Source of the DNA: Ophelia neglecta
Taxonomy: Eukaryota
Direction of reading: 5' to 3'
Length of the DNA: 64,000 nt
Assembly: GCA_965285935.1 (NCBI GenBank)
Contig: OZ260661.1
Coordinates: 9,734,001 to 9,798,000 of the forward strand
Part shown: piece after piece, positions 1 to 13,686 of the stretch
Numbering within the stretch: the stretch's first letter is position 1
Layout: each line of letters starts with the position of its first letter
The notes under the pieces: model-generated
Told to the model about the DNA's origin: nothing
Databases searched by the model: none
What the model saw: only the letters and a program-made list of their open reading frames with translations
Position numbers and translations under genes: made by a program

Positions 1-155
1 CTCTATATCTCAATGACATATGATGATTCGATGTAGATAAAATTATCGAAAAAGTAAACCCTAATGTTTAATCTCCGTTTTAATAAACCGTGAATGACGT
101 GGTCAATTGATTCATTAGAACTACTCAGTTAATGGAATTATGTCCGCATACTTAT

Positions 156-305
156 ACTAGGCCATGCCGATGTGGCCTTTGTGCTAGGCTTGCCAAGGTG
201 GCCTTTGTACTAAGGTGGTGTTTGTACTAGGCTTCCCGAGTTGGCCTTTGTACTAAGGTGGTGTTTTTACAAGGCTCTGTCGAGGTGGTCCCTGTGCTAG
301 GCTTT
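156..305. repeat. Degenerate ~20-bp minisatellite (GGTGGCCTTTGTACTAGG-like)
   Basis: Motif tgtactagg/gtgctagg preceded by ggtggcctt/ggtggtgtt recurs several times in tandem. Confidence 0.6.
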
Positions 306-2099
306 GTCAACAAAAGAATTTGGCGTCACCTGCATCACCGTATTTTTCCTCGTGCAACCTTATGTACCACACACTTGGTCTCAATACTGTGGGCATTAGG
401 TAGAGGCCTCTTATTAAAATTGCTCTTTATTTGTTGATATATATTTTTTGTTTTATGAATATGAAATCATACACAACTTACCATGTTTTGTTTTTTTAAT
501 TGAGTTGTATGATATCTAAATGTTGGAGGTAAGTTTATATAACCACGTCAGGGTGTTATCAGTATTCATTATGACTGGACTGGTTAACACAACTCATTAA
601 ATCTTTGGTTTTACAGTTTGCTTGGGAACAAACTGAGCGAAGAGTGTCAGTCTAGGCTGAAGAGGGAGTTCAGAGGGAGAATTTTGTTCTGATGAAATCC
701 GCCTTTCAAAATACCCCGACTCTGCCATCGTCAGTCGCCATTGAAACACCAAACACACCACCATACCACAATACAGTATTGTTATTACTAACTTCATGTC
801 GCATCCACCTCCAGTGCACATTAGTAGTAGAAGTGTATGTATTGGTGTACATTTTACTACTTGGTTGACGTGATTCCGCCTGTCAGTTGGCAGAAAATAC
901 AATTAGCATTTTGAAAATTATTAACTATTTGCTCAATACATTTTATGCCCCGATACATGTTACTTATAGAAACATAACTGTTTGTAATAATATTGTGTAG
1001 TTGTAAATCTAGTATTGATACGACGTCTGAATTGTTCGATCCCTCTCACAAAGTATTTGACTGGAATTGTGTATATATTTCCTATACAAAAATTGTGGAC
1101 AAATACGATGCACACAGTTTCCTTTGGTAAAGTATGTAATAATTACCAAAGATGGGCTTGAATTTGGTATTATATGGCTTAACATAAAAATATAATGGTC
1201 TCAGCCCGCGAAGAGCTTGGTTCATGGAATCTTGATTAAAATAACGTCTACTTGGCAAGTTTTGTAAGATAAAGACCTCGTAAATAATAGAAGCTATTCA
1301 GAAATCCATGTAAGCAAATGATCTTTTCGGAAGTATTATCACATTTAACCAAAGAACATAAATTAATGTTATCGATATTTATTCATATGTATCGTTTTCA
1401 ATAAGAAGACATACTGTTAGTTGTGTGATATATATTTGTATATTTTAATATGTGAGCTCCAAAATTAAGTCACATAATTGATGTTACGTATTTATATTAT
1501 TGTGCTAAAACAGCGAATATCCCTAGCATACGACGTATACGAGCGCTTCCAAAACACAACCAGGTTCACTGCTAATCCAAAACTGATTATTTATGACATG
1601 TAATGGGAAATATAGTATCGCCAAAGCAAACATTGCTAACAAATGAAGTTATCGATATATTGGGTTGGCAGTTTCATATACTACTATTATCTGATATGCA
1701 TGAAAACTACTTGTAATCAAATCATCACTATATATGAAAATCGAAGTTGCTATCTTTAACAATGACTTGTTTAATTATCGTATCTATTTATTTAAAAAAG
1801 TCCATACTTATGTTTGCGTAGACCCCAATACTTGGAACACACAATATAAGTGTGTCTTGTAGTACATAGTGAATAAATGCTTTCGTACATTAATTGGACA
1901 TTGGTATATTTCTCTTTTTCAAGTTAACTTGATAAACCTAATCAAACCTTATAAGCAAATGTGCAGATTATCATGTTATCTCCTTACATTGTCAGTAGAA
2001 TGACAGTCGAGTGACACCGTATACAAGTAGTAGCAGGACAGTGGGATTGATATGGACGGCATCAACATCTACTTAGATAGATCGATTGAACAAAACATA

Positions 2100-2296
2100 G
2101 TAACTGAATGTAGAATAAGATGACCAAATACATAAACATTTGGGATACTGAGAATGAATTGCCGAATAATTAATTGACTCGGTTAGACATATTGCAGTAA
2201 ATGAACGTAGAATAAGATGACCAAATACAATAACATTTGGGATATTAAAAAAGGAATGGCGGAAAAACTAATTGACTTGGCTAGACATAATGCAGA
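2100..2296. repeat. Two-copy ~98-bp degenerate tandem duplication
   Basis: gtagaataagatgaccaaatac...acatttgggata...taattgact...tagacata..gcag occurs twice in tandem. Confidence 0.7.
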
Positions 2297-4873
2297 GCTC
2301 GATGAAATTCGAGAAATATAGTTTATTGTATCGATAAAATAATTTATATTATTGTGTTAATATTTCAAAAACTCTTTGAACATGGTATTGTCGTTGAAGT
2401 AACAGTCTCCGGTGAGTCTCCAATGAGAAGTAATCACCAGTTTTCCATGATGCGGGGCAAGAACCAAAAATAAGAGTCAGTAGTCAACCTAGGACAGAGA
2501 TGAAATATGCCCTTGGAGAATCTATAATGGTCTACGCTGTTGTCTAAATGTCTAAGTTAATGAAAAAATAATGATCTTGTGTTGCGCACACTCGGTAAAA
2601 AGACTAACTACTTTCATGAATTTTGCCTTATTCACCAGTGCACCAAGTCTAATATAGGCCAATAGACGTATAACTGCTGGGAAGCAATCAGATGCATCTT
2701 TCGAATAAAGCCATCAATTTTTAATATGTTGTATAAAAATATAATTGAAATTGAAATCGAAAATTCAGATAAAACCAACAGAAATTGGGGAGTTAATCAT
2801 TACAAAAAATGTTCATATGTCTGTCGGAAGATCAGTTGAACGCAGTTTTTAAATACTCGGTAGGGTTTTAACTGAAATTTCAGTATTGAAAGTAGGAACT
2901 TGTATCTTAGTAGTTATCAGAGCTTCACCTTGAATGGAATAAGTACTCTAACGGCAGGTAAAACTGATCGCACTACATTTGAATTATTTCCCTAATATAC
3001 CGTATCGGGTGTCTTATTTGTCTACATTTTAATCCATACTAGGAAAACGTGCCCACCTTATATAGATTCAGATAATATTTATTCAGTCATATGGCAATAC
3101 ACATTGATAGAAATATAATAGTATATGAAGTCGATATTGTTAACAATAAAAGTTGAAACTTTAACAAAATAATACAATTATTTGAACTGGGAGACTCTCA
3201 CTAAGTATCAATTAGATATGCTAGTGTGAAAGCCATCCTTTGGAAGGTGTTGTAGCTTTTTAGATTAAAACAGGGAATGTAATACGATATACATCTAGAT
3301 GACAAAAAAAGGAAAAAGTGATTTTCATCCGTTTTAGGAAAACGTGTCCATCTTATATAGTACATATATATATATGCATCCGTACATGCCTTGCTGTAGG
3401 CATTACACATATTTTTACTCCTTGTCCTATAATAGTAATCATTTTATTCAAGAACATAGACATTGTTACAGAGATATAACAAAAATATAAAGAAAACGAC
3501 ACCGAGAAGCAGACTCTGCTTATATTGGTCTCTTTAAGAAAAAATATCAATGCTACTGATATAGTAAATGTATAGTGAATAATTAAATAATAAAATTATA
3601 GATCGAGATGCTGAAGCAGGAGAGACCTGCAAGTGCACATATGTACAACTGACACATAAAAGGAAATGCTGGAATAATTTGAAAATCAGATTTTTTTTAA
3701 TTTGAATTTTGTGGAATGGTGAAATAGATTTTTAACAGATTCTTTGAACATATGAATTGAACAGTTGAATGTAATCAACTCCTTGAAATTATTGTGCGAT
3801 GTGATACATTGGTAGATGATGTTACGCTTCATAATATTAGTTTTTACATTGGGCAAGTGCAGATCATTAGAATGTCTAGTATTGTTATTGTGAATTTCGT
3901 AACTAAACCTAAATAAATTTGAAACGACTGCTGGTAAGGGTCCATTCATGAGTTTAATAACAAGGTTTGTAATTTATATTGATATATAAAATCATTAGAC
4001 AAACAAATTACCTCTGTGAATAAAGGGCTGAGTGGGAATATTTCCCCCTCCCACAAAATAAACGATGCGCCCTCTTTCGAATAATAAACAATGGTTCAAT
4101 GTACGTTTTGCAGGTACCCCCCTATATCTCAATAAAGTAGTCAAGATATGGATATAAGAATGAATAATACAGAGATTTTAAAGAACCTTCAGTATGTAGT
4201 TTCCGTGTTCTTGTTATCACTCCCAATCCCCTAGATAGTTCCCCTTAATATAACGATTATGTTCCCTCCATTTAAGACTGCCATCAAGCATAACTCCCAG
4301 AAATTTTGTCGAGTTGACAATTTCGATTTATTGACCTGTAATAGAAAGGTCAATATTATGTTTAATGTTAGCTCCTTTGTTTCTGAATATCATATAATGA
4401 GTTTTGCTAATATTTAAAGTAAGTTTGTTGGTATTTAGCCAAATAATGTCAGCAATATAAGTATTAGCCGACTCAATAAGAGTGTCCAAGTTCTTGCCTG
4501 TTATAAGGAAATTTGAAACGTCGGCAAATAAGAGAGTAAAGAGACGAGAAGAAACATTGGATATGTCATTAATGTATAAAAGAAAAAGGAACGCCACATG
4601 AACTATTCATGACAGCTGAATATGTGCCCTCAAAGTCAACACATTTATATCGATTTTCTAAGTAACTTGCAATCTAATCCAGGGCCAATCCCCTAATTCC
4701 ATAAATATTTAGTGTAGAAAGAAGAATTTGATGATTGACAGTGTCGAAAGCTTTGGAAAGATCTATAATAAGACCTAGTGCATATTCACTGTTGTCAAGA
4801 GCCTAGGTAATTGTACTAGTTAGGATGGTGATTGCATTACTGATAGAATGGCTTTGACAAAAGCCAAACTGGT

Positions 4874-7220
4874 TTAGTTTAGTTTATTAGCTCTTGGCCT
4901 CAAAGAGGCATGGAGCACAGAGAAACATACATAGGTACATACAAGCTTAATCAGTACAATTAACATGTGCAATATATTTACATGCAATGAAATGAAAGAA
5001 TTTTTCTGATATATATTGAGAGCTTGCGTGACAATTTAGCATCAGTCATTAGTGTAATAAATTTAAACATACTTGGCCGTTCACAAAAGTGAGGGGGCAG
5101 GTATTGGCTCCTGAGCTTCACAATTACATCATTATTACATTCGAGCAACGCATGGTATTCGTCGCACAAGCAGTTTCTATTACATACTGTACAGAGCCGT
5201 TCGAGACGAGGGGTGCGTTTGTACCTTCCAGTCTCGATGGGCAAGCAATGATTGCTTGAGCGGAATCTACATAATTGAATGGCCAAATTATGAGGCAATT
5301 CGTCCAGATAGCTTTCAAATTTAAACATTGTCTTGTAGGCAGAGTATGATAAACAATATGACCTTGACGAGATATCACTATGCCAACCTTGTATAAAAAG
5401 ATCCATCAATTTCCTGTTTAGGTGCAGTTTGAGCCAAACTGGATTGACGTATGTCGCTTGTGAGATGAACAGATTAGGACAGCCGCAGCTTTCAAAGATA
5501 GACTTAACAAAAAGTAACCATGGTTGCGAGTACATGTCGAGATTAAATAATTGATATACGTACCTATAGAGTGTGCTGCTTAGTTTACTTTGCTTGCCGG
5601 TGGCGAGCTTTACCCAGAAACCAGCCATTCTAGTTTTAATAGATACTTCAAGTGGGTACCGACCACTTTCTCCATATACCATAGCAGAGCAGGTGGAAGC
5701 CCTCAGACCCAGAACATATTTACAATATTTAAGGTGTAACCTTTCTATCACAGTTATATTAGTGTGACCCCAAACTTCACAGCCATAGGTGAGTATAGGC
5801 AATATCATGGTGTCAAATAAATCTAGGCGAGTTTTAATAGGTAATTTTAAAGCATTACACCTGCTCAGTACAGAGAACATAGCACGCTGAGCCTGCTCAA
5901 CAAGATATAGTTTACATTTTGCAAAATTGCCAGTACTAGCAAAGAGAATACCAAGGTATTTGAATTCGTTAACAACTTCAACTGGACGATTATCATACAC
6001 AAAATTGAAAATAACACCACGGGATTGTCGCTTCCCAAATACACACACTTTGGTTTTATCGGCGTTAACACACAGATGCCATTGACGACAATACTCGGCA
6101 AGATCATCGAGACCCTTCTGTAGTTTAGCTTCAGTATTTGCAAGAATGGCAGTGTCATCAGCATACAAAATTAGCAAAATAGTTATAACACTTTCAGCAT
6201 CGACAAAAACTCCTTCATTTCCTTTACTAAACAGGTAAGATTCCAAGTCGTTGACAAAGAAAGAGAACAATAATGGAGATAAGTTTTCACCTTGTCTTAC
6301 ACCAGTAGAGCACAGAAAGTAATCACTGAACCTGCCATTTTTACACACACAAGATTTAACATTTGCGTAAATACTTTTAACAACTCCTATTAGTTTACTA
6401 TTAGAGCTAAGACCTTGGCTATGTAGCTTCCACCACAATGCATCACGCCATACCATGTCAAACGCCTTGGAATAATCGACAAAAGCACAAAACACTTTTT
6501 CTTTTCGAAAGAGCATAATGTCAATGATACATTTGAGAGAAAATATTTGATCAATTGTGCTATAGCCTTTACGAAAGCCAGCCTGATTTTCTTTAATTAG
6601 GTTGAGATTCACAAAATTCATTTAAACGGTTATTTATAAGGCTGGTGAACATTTTCCCCATACATGATAAGAGCGTAATTCCCCGATAATTCGTCGGGTT
6701 GCGCTTGTCTCCTTTTTTAAATATTGGCACGATCATACCATTGCTCCAAGCCTCCGGGAACTGCCCAGATTCCATGATAGCATTAAACAACAGCACATAA
6801 ATTGGCAAAAAGACATCTTTTGTACTTATAATGAATTCATTGATTATTCCATCTAGACCACATGCCTTGGCACGTTTAAGTTTTGTAATAGCTATAGATA
6901 TTTCGTCGGCAGTAAAAGGTATGTCAAGAGGTTCGAAATCAATACCGGGGTCATTTTCAGGAGCTGTTAGTTCCCGATTATCATCTAAACGGTCAGATTG
7001 TGTTTGCCCTAAATCTCTAAAGTGCTGGAAAAGGTCTGCCAATGCGGCTTGTATATCGTTTCCTTTCTTTTTAATGTTGAGCAATCTCCAATATTCTTTA
7101 GAGTTATTTCTTTTGAGGTCATTAAGTTTTGATCTCAGAGCACGCGATGCATCAGTCTCTGCCTTACGACGTTCACGTTTTAGGGCACGACTTTTACGGA
7201 CAAGGTCCGTGCCAGTCCTC
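4874..7220 (-). mobile_element. 5'-truncated younger LINE (RTE-X-like) nested in the CR1-group LINE
   Basis: Near-intact RT ORFs 6593-7084 and 4978-6621 joined by one frameshift. 3' end has a short stem-loop, AATAAA and a (TAAAC)n tail at ~4874-4888. Removing the insert restores host NNLYDY-QFGF; GGT is present at both junctions. Confidence 0.85.
4978..6621 (-). CDS. LINE ORF2 reverse transcriptase and C-terminal Cys/His domain (partial, 547 aa)
   Basis: Motifs QAGFR, FVDYSKAFD, GVRQGENLSPLLF, LYADD, FKYLG and C-terminal CTVC...DEYHALLEC. Confidence 0.9.
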   Translation of the reverse strand: MNFVNLNLIKENQAGFRKGYSTIDQIFSLKCIIDIMLFRKEKVFCAFVDYSKAFDMVWRDALWWKLHSQGLSSNSKLIGVVKSIYANVKSCVCKNGRFSDYFLCSTGVRQGENLSPLLFSFFVNDLESYLFSKGNEGVFVDAESVITILLILYADDTAILANTEAKLQKGLDDLAEYCRQWHLCVNADKTKVCVFGKRQSRGVIFNFVYDNRPVEVVNEFKYLGILFASTGNFAKCKLYLVEQAQRAMFSVLSRCNALKLPIKTRLDLFDTMILPILTYGCEVWGHTNITVIERLHLKYCKYVLGLRASTCSAMVYGESGRYPLEVSIKTRMAGFWVKLATGKQSKLSSTLYRYVYQLFNLDMYSQPWLLFVKSIFESCGCPNLFISQATYVNPVWLKLHLNRKLMDLFIQGWHSDISSRSYCLSYSAYKTMFKFESYLDELPHNLAIQLCRFRSSNHCLPIETGRYKRTPRLERLCTVCNRNCLCDEYHALLECNNDVIVKLRSQYLPPHFCERPSMFKFITLMTDAKLSRKLSIYIRKILSFHCM

Positions 7221-8518
7221 GGTAATCATATAAATTATTGTGTTTATTTATAAAATAGTTCAGCCTTGCATACATAAGTTTTTCGAGTATTTTAGAAAAA
7301 ATAGGCAAAACCGAAACAGGTCTATAATAAGTAAACAATGTAGGATCCGCACTTATTAAAATTGGAGAAGCCTTAGCAATCTTGAACTTCTCAGGGAAAT
7401 GTCCTAGTAGAAATGAGAGTTCAATAATATTAAGTAGTGGGTCAATACAAATATTGGCAGAATTTTTAACAACAATAGAAGATATTGCATCCCAACCTGG
7501 ACTGCCTTCTTTTATTTGTTTTATTATTGTCAGGATTTTCTCCGTGGACACTGGTTCTAGAAAATTGACTGTTTTTAGATAATCAGTAGGTTAGGTACTT
7601 GAGTTAAGTATTAGCAATCAAGCTTTTATCACTTGTCACTTATCACTTGCCTTATCACTTTTATCACTTATCACATTTTCTTAAATTTTGTCTATGTTCT
7701 TTATACGTGACTGAATATGGTCTCTTTCGGCTACCAGGCTAGGAAGCCTGTTATTAAATTCATTATACTGTTTTTAAGAGAAGTGTTACGCTGTGATCTA
7801 AAATAAAGTTTATTTTTTATACTGATAGACTTTTTAAGACCATCAGTCAGCCAAGGCTCACGTTGTAGACTGGCGTAGATATTGTAATAGGAAATGCCTC
7901 ATTATAGTGTTTACAAAATATACTATGAAAAGAAGTATGACAACCATGATTAGATAATACTTCATCCGATTCCTATCCATTTAATAATGTATTGAATCGA
8001 TCCATATTTTGATTGGAGAAAATTCTTCTCTTTACTAGACGAGGTGTATCAATTAAATGCTTGGAGTAATCAATGAAAAACACTGGAAAGTGATTGGTTA
8101 CGGTGGAGCATAAAATACCCTGAAAAGACCGTAAGTCAGCGGAGGGAATGCCTGAAAAAAAAGGTTATCTATTAATGTGGACGACTAAGTCACCCTCGAC
8201 GGTTTAGTAACAAGTGGAATCATGGAATATGACATCATAAGATCAACATATTCATTTGTAGGAACATGGTGATCTGCATAAAGCAGATTTATGTTGAAAG
8301 GAAATAATGACATTTGTTTTCAGTTTTAGATTTACCAAAGTACCTGCATAGAATTATTAAATTCGATAATATCCGTGTAAGGTGGACGATATATTACTCC
8401 TATAATTAAATTTCTATATGGCTTAAATTGGGATTTATCAATTTCAATTAATAATGATTCTATATTATGACTAAATATATTCAAGTCCTCACGGACGAAG
8501 AAATCTATTCTATTAAGA

Positions 8519-8762
8519 GGCATACTGGAAAACCTGATACAAAATACGAAGGAAATACGAGATACACAGATACGAAAAATTAAGATTGAGTTGGATTATG
8601 ACAGGGTAAGGGGTAGGGTTAAGCTAGCAACCTAACTAAACCATAACTTACTTTATCCTTCACCCTAACCCTAACCTAGTCCATATGGCTACGTTTTAAA
8701 CACCTCGTATCTCGTATCTGCATCACGTATCTGGTATTTCGTATCAGCTTTTCCAGTATGCC
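8519..8762. mobile_element. Mutator-like MITE, copy 1
   Basis: TIRs GGCATACTGGAAAAcCTGATAC...GTATCAGcTTTTCCAGTATGCC; 9-bp TSD CTATTAAGA (8510-8518, 8763-8771); inserted in the LINE endonuclease region. Confidence 0.85.
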
Positions 8763-10307
8763 CTATTAAGAATAAGACACATCCGCCACTCCGGCCTCCG
8801 GGTGTCTCTGCACCTATTGATAGATGTCATTCATAGTCATTCATGTTGTACAGATCAGCATTTTCACTAGTCAGCCATGTCACACTGAGGGCTATTATCT
8901 TGAATTTGGGATTTTAGAATATCTTGATAGTATACGATTGCTTTTTAGATTATGTGGGACACTTCTTACATTGAATTGAATCCTTGACATTTCATTACCG
9001 TTAATGGGAAAACTATGACATTTTTTTAAAAGCATCATCAAAATAATAGTCACAGGTTAGAAGGGATTTATACTGCTGTTATGTATAAAAATTATTATCA
9101 GGATCGACATTTGACAGAGGAAAACAATGTTCACTGTCGGTAAATTAAAGAGGGTAAAAGAGTTTTGTATAAAGATTTAATAATGACATTTGAGTCAGTT
9201 TCGCCGTTATTTAAGTCAGCTTTCAGTGGAGAAGAAGCACCTACTGACTCTGCTGGATCTGATGAAGATTGTGATGATCTGGTAAAGTACGCCATATGAT
9301 AATATGCACGATGTTTTATGTTTTTTGATGTCCTGGTTCTCACTGTTGTTGTTATTGTTCTTCATTAGTAGCAGGCCGAGACCATCATAGAGACAATCGA
9401 TCCACTATCAGGACATCATAACTAAGTTATGTTAGTTTACAATGTTTCGCTGGTAATGCTTCACACTCTTGATTACTCCTCAAAGGAGCGTAGCGCTAGG
9501 TACACTGCAGGGCAGTAAGAGTATTGTCCACCACTGCTGAGCGCCCATGGACGGCTGCCTCAAAAGATATTCATTATGGAAGTTCACTTCAACTAAAATC
9601 TCTTACTTGTGAATGAGGAATGATTCTTCTCTTTAATATAATCGACATAATGTATTGTTTCCAGGTAATAAATAATAATGTAATACAAGCTAAAGTATAC
9701 ATGATCAAAAAATTAACTCTTGATACTGATAAATGATAACTTGGACTTTTATTTTTAACGTATGTATTCATGATGACTATAACTGGTGAGATTGTTAGAC
9801 ACCGTTAATGAGAAAGTAATACTTAATAACATTCACTTATATAAACAAGCCTTGACATTTGGGACACTTTAACAAATATATGAGGGCATTATAAGCAATG
9901 CATGTTTACTTCGTCACACAAACCATATCAGGTACTGGCATAATCAACCAGACTAACCTACAGACTCAATGATCAGACATATCAACTTATAAAGCTGACA
10001 TTTGTTAAATTTAAAATGTTACTATAAAATAGCTAATATGTTTTCCAATGTACATAATGTTAATCCTCACGTTAGACAGGGTCCGAAGACGATTTGTTGA
10101 CAATTCTTATCCATGATGGTGATAGTGGGATAGAATACCTATTTCAAAAAAATATAGCATACTCCCGCATGGGGTACCAAACGCCATATCGTCAATGTTA
10201 ATTGCGGTTTTAAGTTGGTCGTTTACTCGACGGACGAGGTACCATAGAGTTGATTGTAGCTCGGGGTTTAAACTAAACCAACTCTGGTCTTATTATATTC
10301 CGCATTA

Positions 10308-10590
10308 GGGACGGACCATTAGATATCTAGGGGGGGGGGCCAGAAAAAAATGAAAATAAATTTTCTGGCTTTGATTTTCTCAAAAATAAATAATCTGCCA
10401 GGAAAATATATGAAAAAAAAAAAATCTGCCTATTATTTTTAAGTATAAAATAATATTATATAAAGAAAATAAATAATCTGGCAGATACCGTGGTGAAAAA
10501 AAATTTTCTGTCAACTTTATTCATGAAAAAAAATTTCCTGACTAGAGCCAAGTTCTCTGGCCCCCCCCTAGATATCTAATGGTCCGTCCC
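10308..10590. mobile_element. PIF/Harbinger-like MITE
   Basis: ~30-bp TIRs GGGACGGACCATTAGATATCTAGGGGGG / CCCCCCTAGATATCTAATGGTCCGTCCC with TTA on both flanks (10305-10307, 10591-10593), the Harbinger-type 3-bp TSD; AT-rich interior. Confidence 0.8.
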
Positions 10591-13482
10591 TTAGGTAGTT
10601 TCAAATTGGACAATAGGCAATGGCCCGTTTTATGCTTAATGAAGAACTACAAACACTTACTGCATTAAATAGAATAGCCCTTAATGTCAAGAAATGTCTA
10701 GGTTGTTTGTCCCTATCGAAGGTCACAAGGGTCATGTTATCGCTGTACAGGTAGAAGGAATAACGGTTGGTTTGTTGAAACAGGTCCATAGTTTAACCTA
10801 GACGCCGGACTACTTTCGCTGCTAGTTCTTGCTTCCAGGTACAGGGTTTACTTTTTTCGCCGTCAAAAGAGGCCTGCTTCTTTTACTCCTTATTCAAAAT
10901 ATGATTATGCGTGAAAAAAACAAGCATAAATGTATTTTATATAATATGTGCATCTCTTGTGGCTATTCATACCTGTGATGGTATTCATACCTGTGATGCT
11001 GATTTATACCAGTTTTGTTTTTACTTCTATAAGTCAAATGGACTTCAATGCAATAAATTTTATGTTATCTTTATTCCTCACGGCTTTCCACTTCACTAAA
11101 ACACAGACATAAAATGTTCAGTCAGTTTCCATTGAATAATCGACCCCCTTCGATGCACGCACCGATTAATAAACATTGGTATCGAATTAGCGCTAAATCG
11201 AGTGTGGAATAACACTAAAATAGGAACCCCTATCTAGAAGTGCAGCACCCTGGTGGATTTCGTCATAACAAAGTTTTTCAGAACCCGGAATAAACAAACC
11301 CAGCGCCAATTGAACCCAATGAGATTAAAACAAATTTCCTAAACAGACAATCCTGTGGAGTTGGGTCGAGCGGGCCGATGGGGTATGGGGAAGATGGGCG
11401 ATTATGGGGGGTGAAGGGGGGGGGGGGGGCAGAGTGTGGAGGGCAGGGTGTAGTGACTGTGATGGATCATATGAGGTTGATAAAAAGGATGGGTGGGTGG
11501 ACTGTTGGGGTAAGGTATAGGCTGAATGGCAATAAGCAGTAGGGTGCGGTTGGAGACCGAGTGGGGAATGAGGAGGATTTATTCAGTATTATGACAATAT
11601 GATTTATTAATTCGACTTCATCCTATGCTGAAAGGTTATTTACGACCGTTAGGATCACCCTTTTTAAATGTACCTGAACCGGGAATTTATGGTTTAATTT
11701 TTTTCGTGATGATTTGCAAATTGTCAACGAATCGGGTTTATTATATAAACCCCTCTATCATTCATATAAAACTTACTGCCATCTGGGGGAGTACTCCTGG
11801 CATGAAAAATGCACATTATAATTAATTGTCCTTGATTCTGGATTAATATGGCAAATTTTTCAAACTGGGAACTTGGAAAGGGGACCCCCCTTAAGCCTCC
11901 CCTCTTTGGTCTGTACAAGGCAACCAACCACAAAACTATCGAGGGTTTTGCCTCTGAGATAGACATTTTAATGAACGAGTGATGGTTGTAGCTGGTGTGG
12001 ACATATTCAATTAAAGTTCCGCCTGCTTTCGGCAGAAGGGTAATACAGTGAAAATGTGAGAAGAGCATTAACCTCTGCTACGAAGGGTATTCATCTGTAG
12101 ACACTCTAACAATTACTACGAAGGGCTGCAATATTATGAGCGATTACATCGGATTATTAGCCTATCCCATAAAGTATGAGGACACTGGAATTAAAGTGAA
12201 ACGCTTTTCGAATTATTAGAAATAGCGAGAAAGAAGAAAACATGGATTCCAATCAAATAAATTATTCTGAAAAAAATGTTTCCATTTTATTTTTTCAATT
12301 TCCTTAACTAATCCATGAGTGCTTTTTTCATGGCCTGTTTATATATTAAATTTAAGCTGCAAAAAACTAACATTAGTACCGTACCTGGATACAATTCATC
12401 CGCATTTTTTTGAATTTTCATATCAATTGCATCCCCGTCTTGCGGCTTATTGTGTCAGCCTGACGTGGGGGCTTCGCCCATGCAACTTATTAAATAGTAA
12501 ACCTTTTCATTGATAAATACGACGAATGGATCATTTATGTATTAATGTCCCTTAGAGAAGATAACAATAAATTGCTTTGGACCACAATGCATATTAGTAC
12601 ACACAGAAACATATATACACGTTTATAGTTCTTCATTACAAGAATAACATTGAGCTAGAAATAGACTGTTACTATTTTAATGATCCCCCATTCGAAATTT
12701 ACTTATATTAACTTGACCGATTGACAAAACATAACCAGTGTGATACATATTTTAATTTTCGGTGATATTCCGTGACCTGTCTTTGCATAACAACTTTTGC
12801 CACACCTTGCTCAAATTAGTAAATACGGTTCCTTCTGCTTTCCACTGCACGATTGGTTGTAACTTACATTGTATGAAGCCCGTCTTTACAAAATCGATGC
12901 ACTTGGGCAGAGGATGGGGACAACTGACAATTGCTTGGCAGAACAGAGAGATAAACCCGTGCGAAGTGAGAGGCAAGAAGTTTTCAAAGTGTCAGGCAAT
13001 CCATGTATATACTTTTTTCGTGCACGGGTACAAGGCACCAAATGTGGTAAACGTGGAGTTGAAGTTAAGTAGAGGGGGCCGTAAATATTTACCAATATGT
13101 GCAGAGTACACAGGATTATGTGACGCTGTATACGTAATATTCTGCCTTTAAAAGGCGAGGGTGAGAGGCTTCAAACTGAGGGTAGGAGGGAGCATCTCCA
13201 GAAATTATTTTGTTTTTTTATATCGCACGCTCTCTCTTTATATCGTTTATATAAAATATATTTATATTTATAGCGTCATTTATTTAGCCTTCTATCTAAA
13301 CGAGACATAAATGAGACTGAAATTCCATATCACCCACAATGATTATATTATAAATATGTTAGGATATTGTGCCTGTAAGATGAACCAAAACCACTGTTTT
13401 AGTGTGTTGCATTTTTCTGTACCATTGTCAAAAGTACAATGTTTTAAGTGACCAAGACCTAATCACTCACTAGGTATCGCTC

Positions 13483-13686
13483 TTACATCTTGTAGCTAGG
13501 ATGTCTTCCCATGCTGCTGAGGAGGTCTATAGGCACGGGGAATATAATTGTGGAGTTCTTCTCAGCTGAGATGGTGTTTAAGGTCTGTAGGTATCTCAAC
13601 TGAAGAGCGGAGGGCGACTCGTTGATGACGTCAGCGGCCTCTTTCAGTGCCCGAGAAGCTTTCTGCTCTCCCTCCGCAGCAATCAC
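13483..13686 (-). CDS. Stomatin-like gene exon 8 (last coding exon)
   Basis: [18 protein letters not shown]...[12 protein letters not shown] then TAA; tttccag acceptor. Confidence 0.95.
   Translation of the reverse strand: MIAAEGEQKASRALKEAADVINESPSALQLRYLQTLNTISAEKNSTIIFPVPIDLLSSMGRHPSYKM

Larger units (their letters stand above)
3686..9135 (-). mobile_element. Decayed CR1-group LINE ORF2 (endonuclease + RT), interrupted by a younger LINE (4874-7220) and a MITE (8519-8762)
   Basis: Fragments on the minus strand in the expected order: DPDNNF..CDYY N-terminus (~9110), endonuclease IIGVIYRPP (8332-8523), YRPVSVLPIFSKILEK (7180-7551), DLSKAFDTV (~4750), FLLYINDI..LFADV (4328-4597), HNNNTRHSNDLHLP C-terminus (3686-3949). 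Many stops and frameshifts. Confidence 0.85.

Noticed and set aside
597-902. 101-aa ORF
   Set aside because: Non-ATG start, no homology cues, no exon structure.
6831-7253. Plus-strand 140-aa ORF (and similar antisense ORFs within LINE and BEL sequences)
   Set aside because: Antisense shadows of retroelement coding sequence.
12752-13151. Cluster of short ORFs downstream of stomatin
   Set aside because: No domain recognised and no consistent frame.
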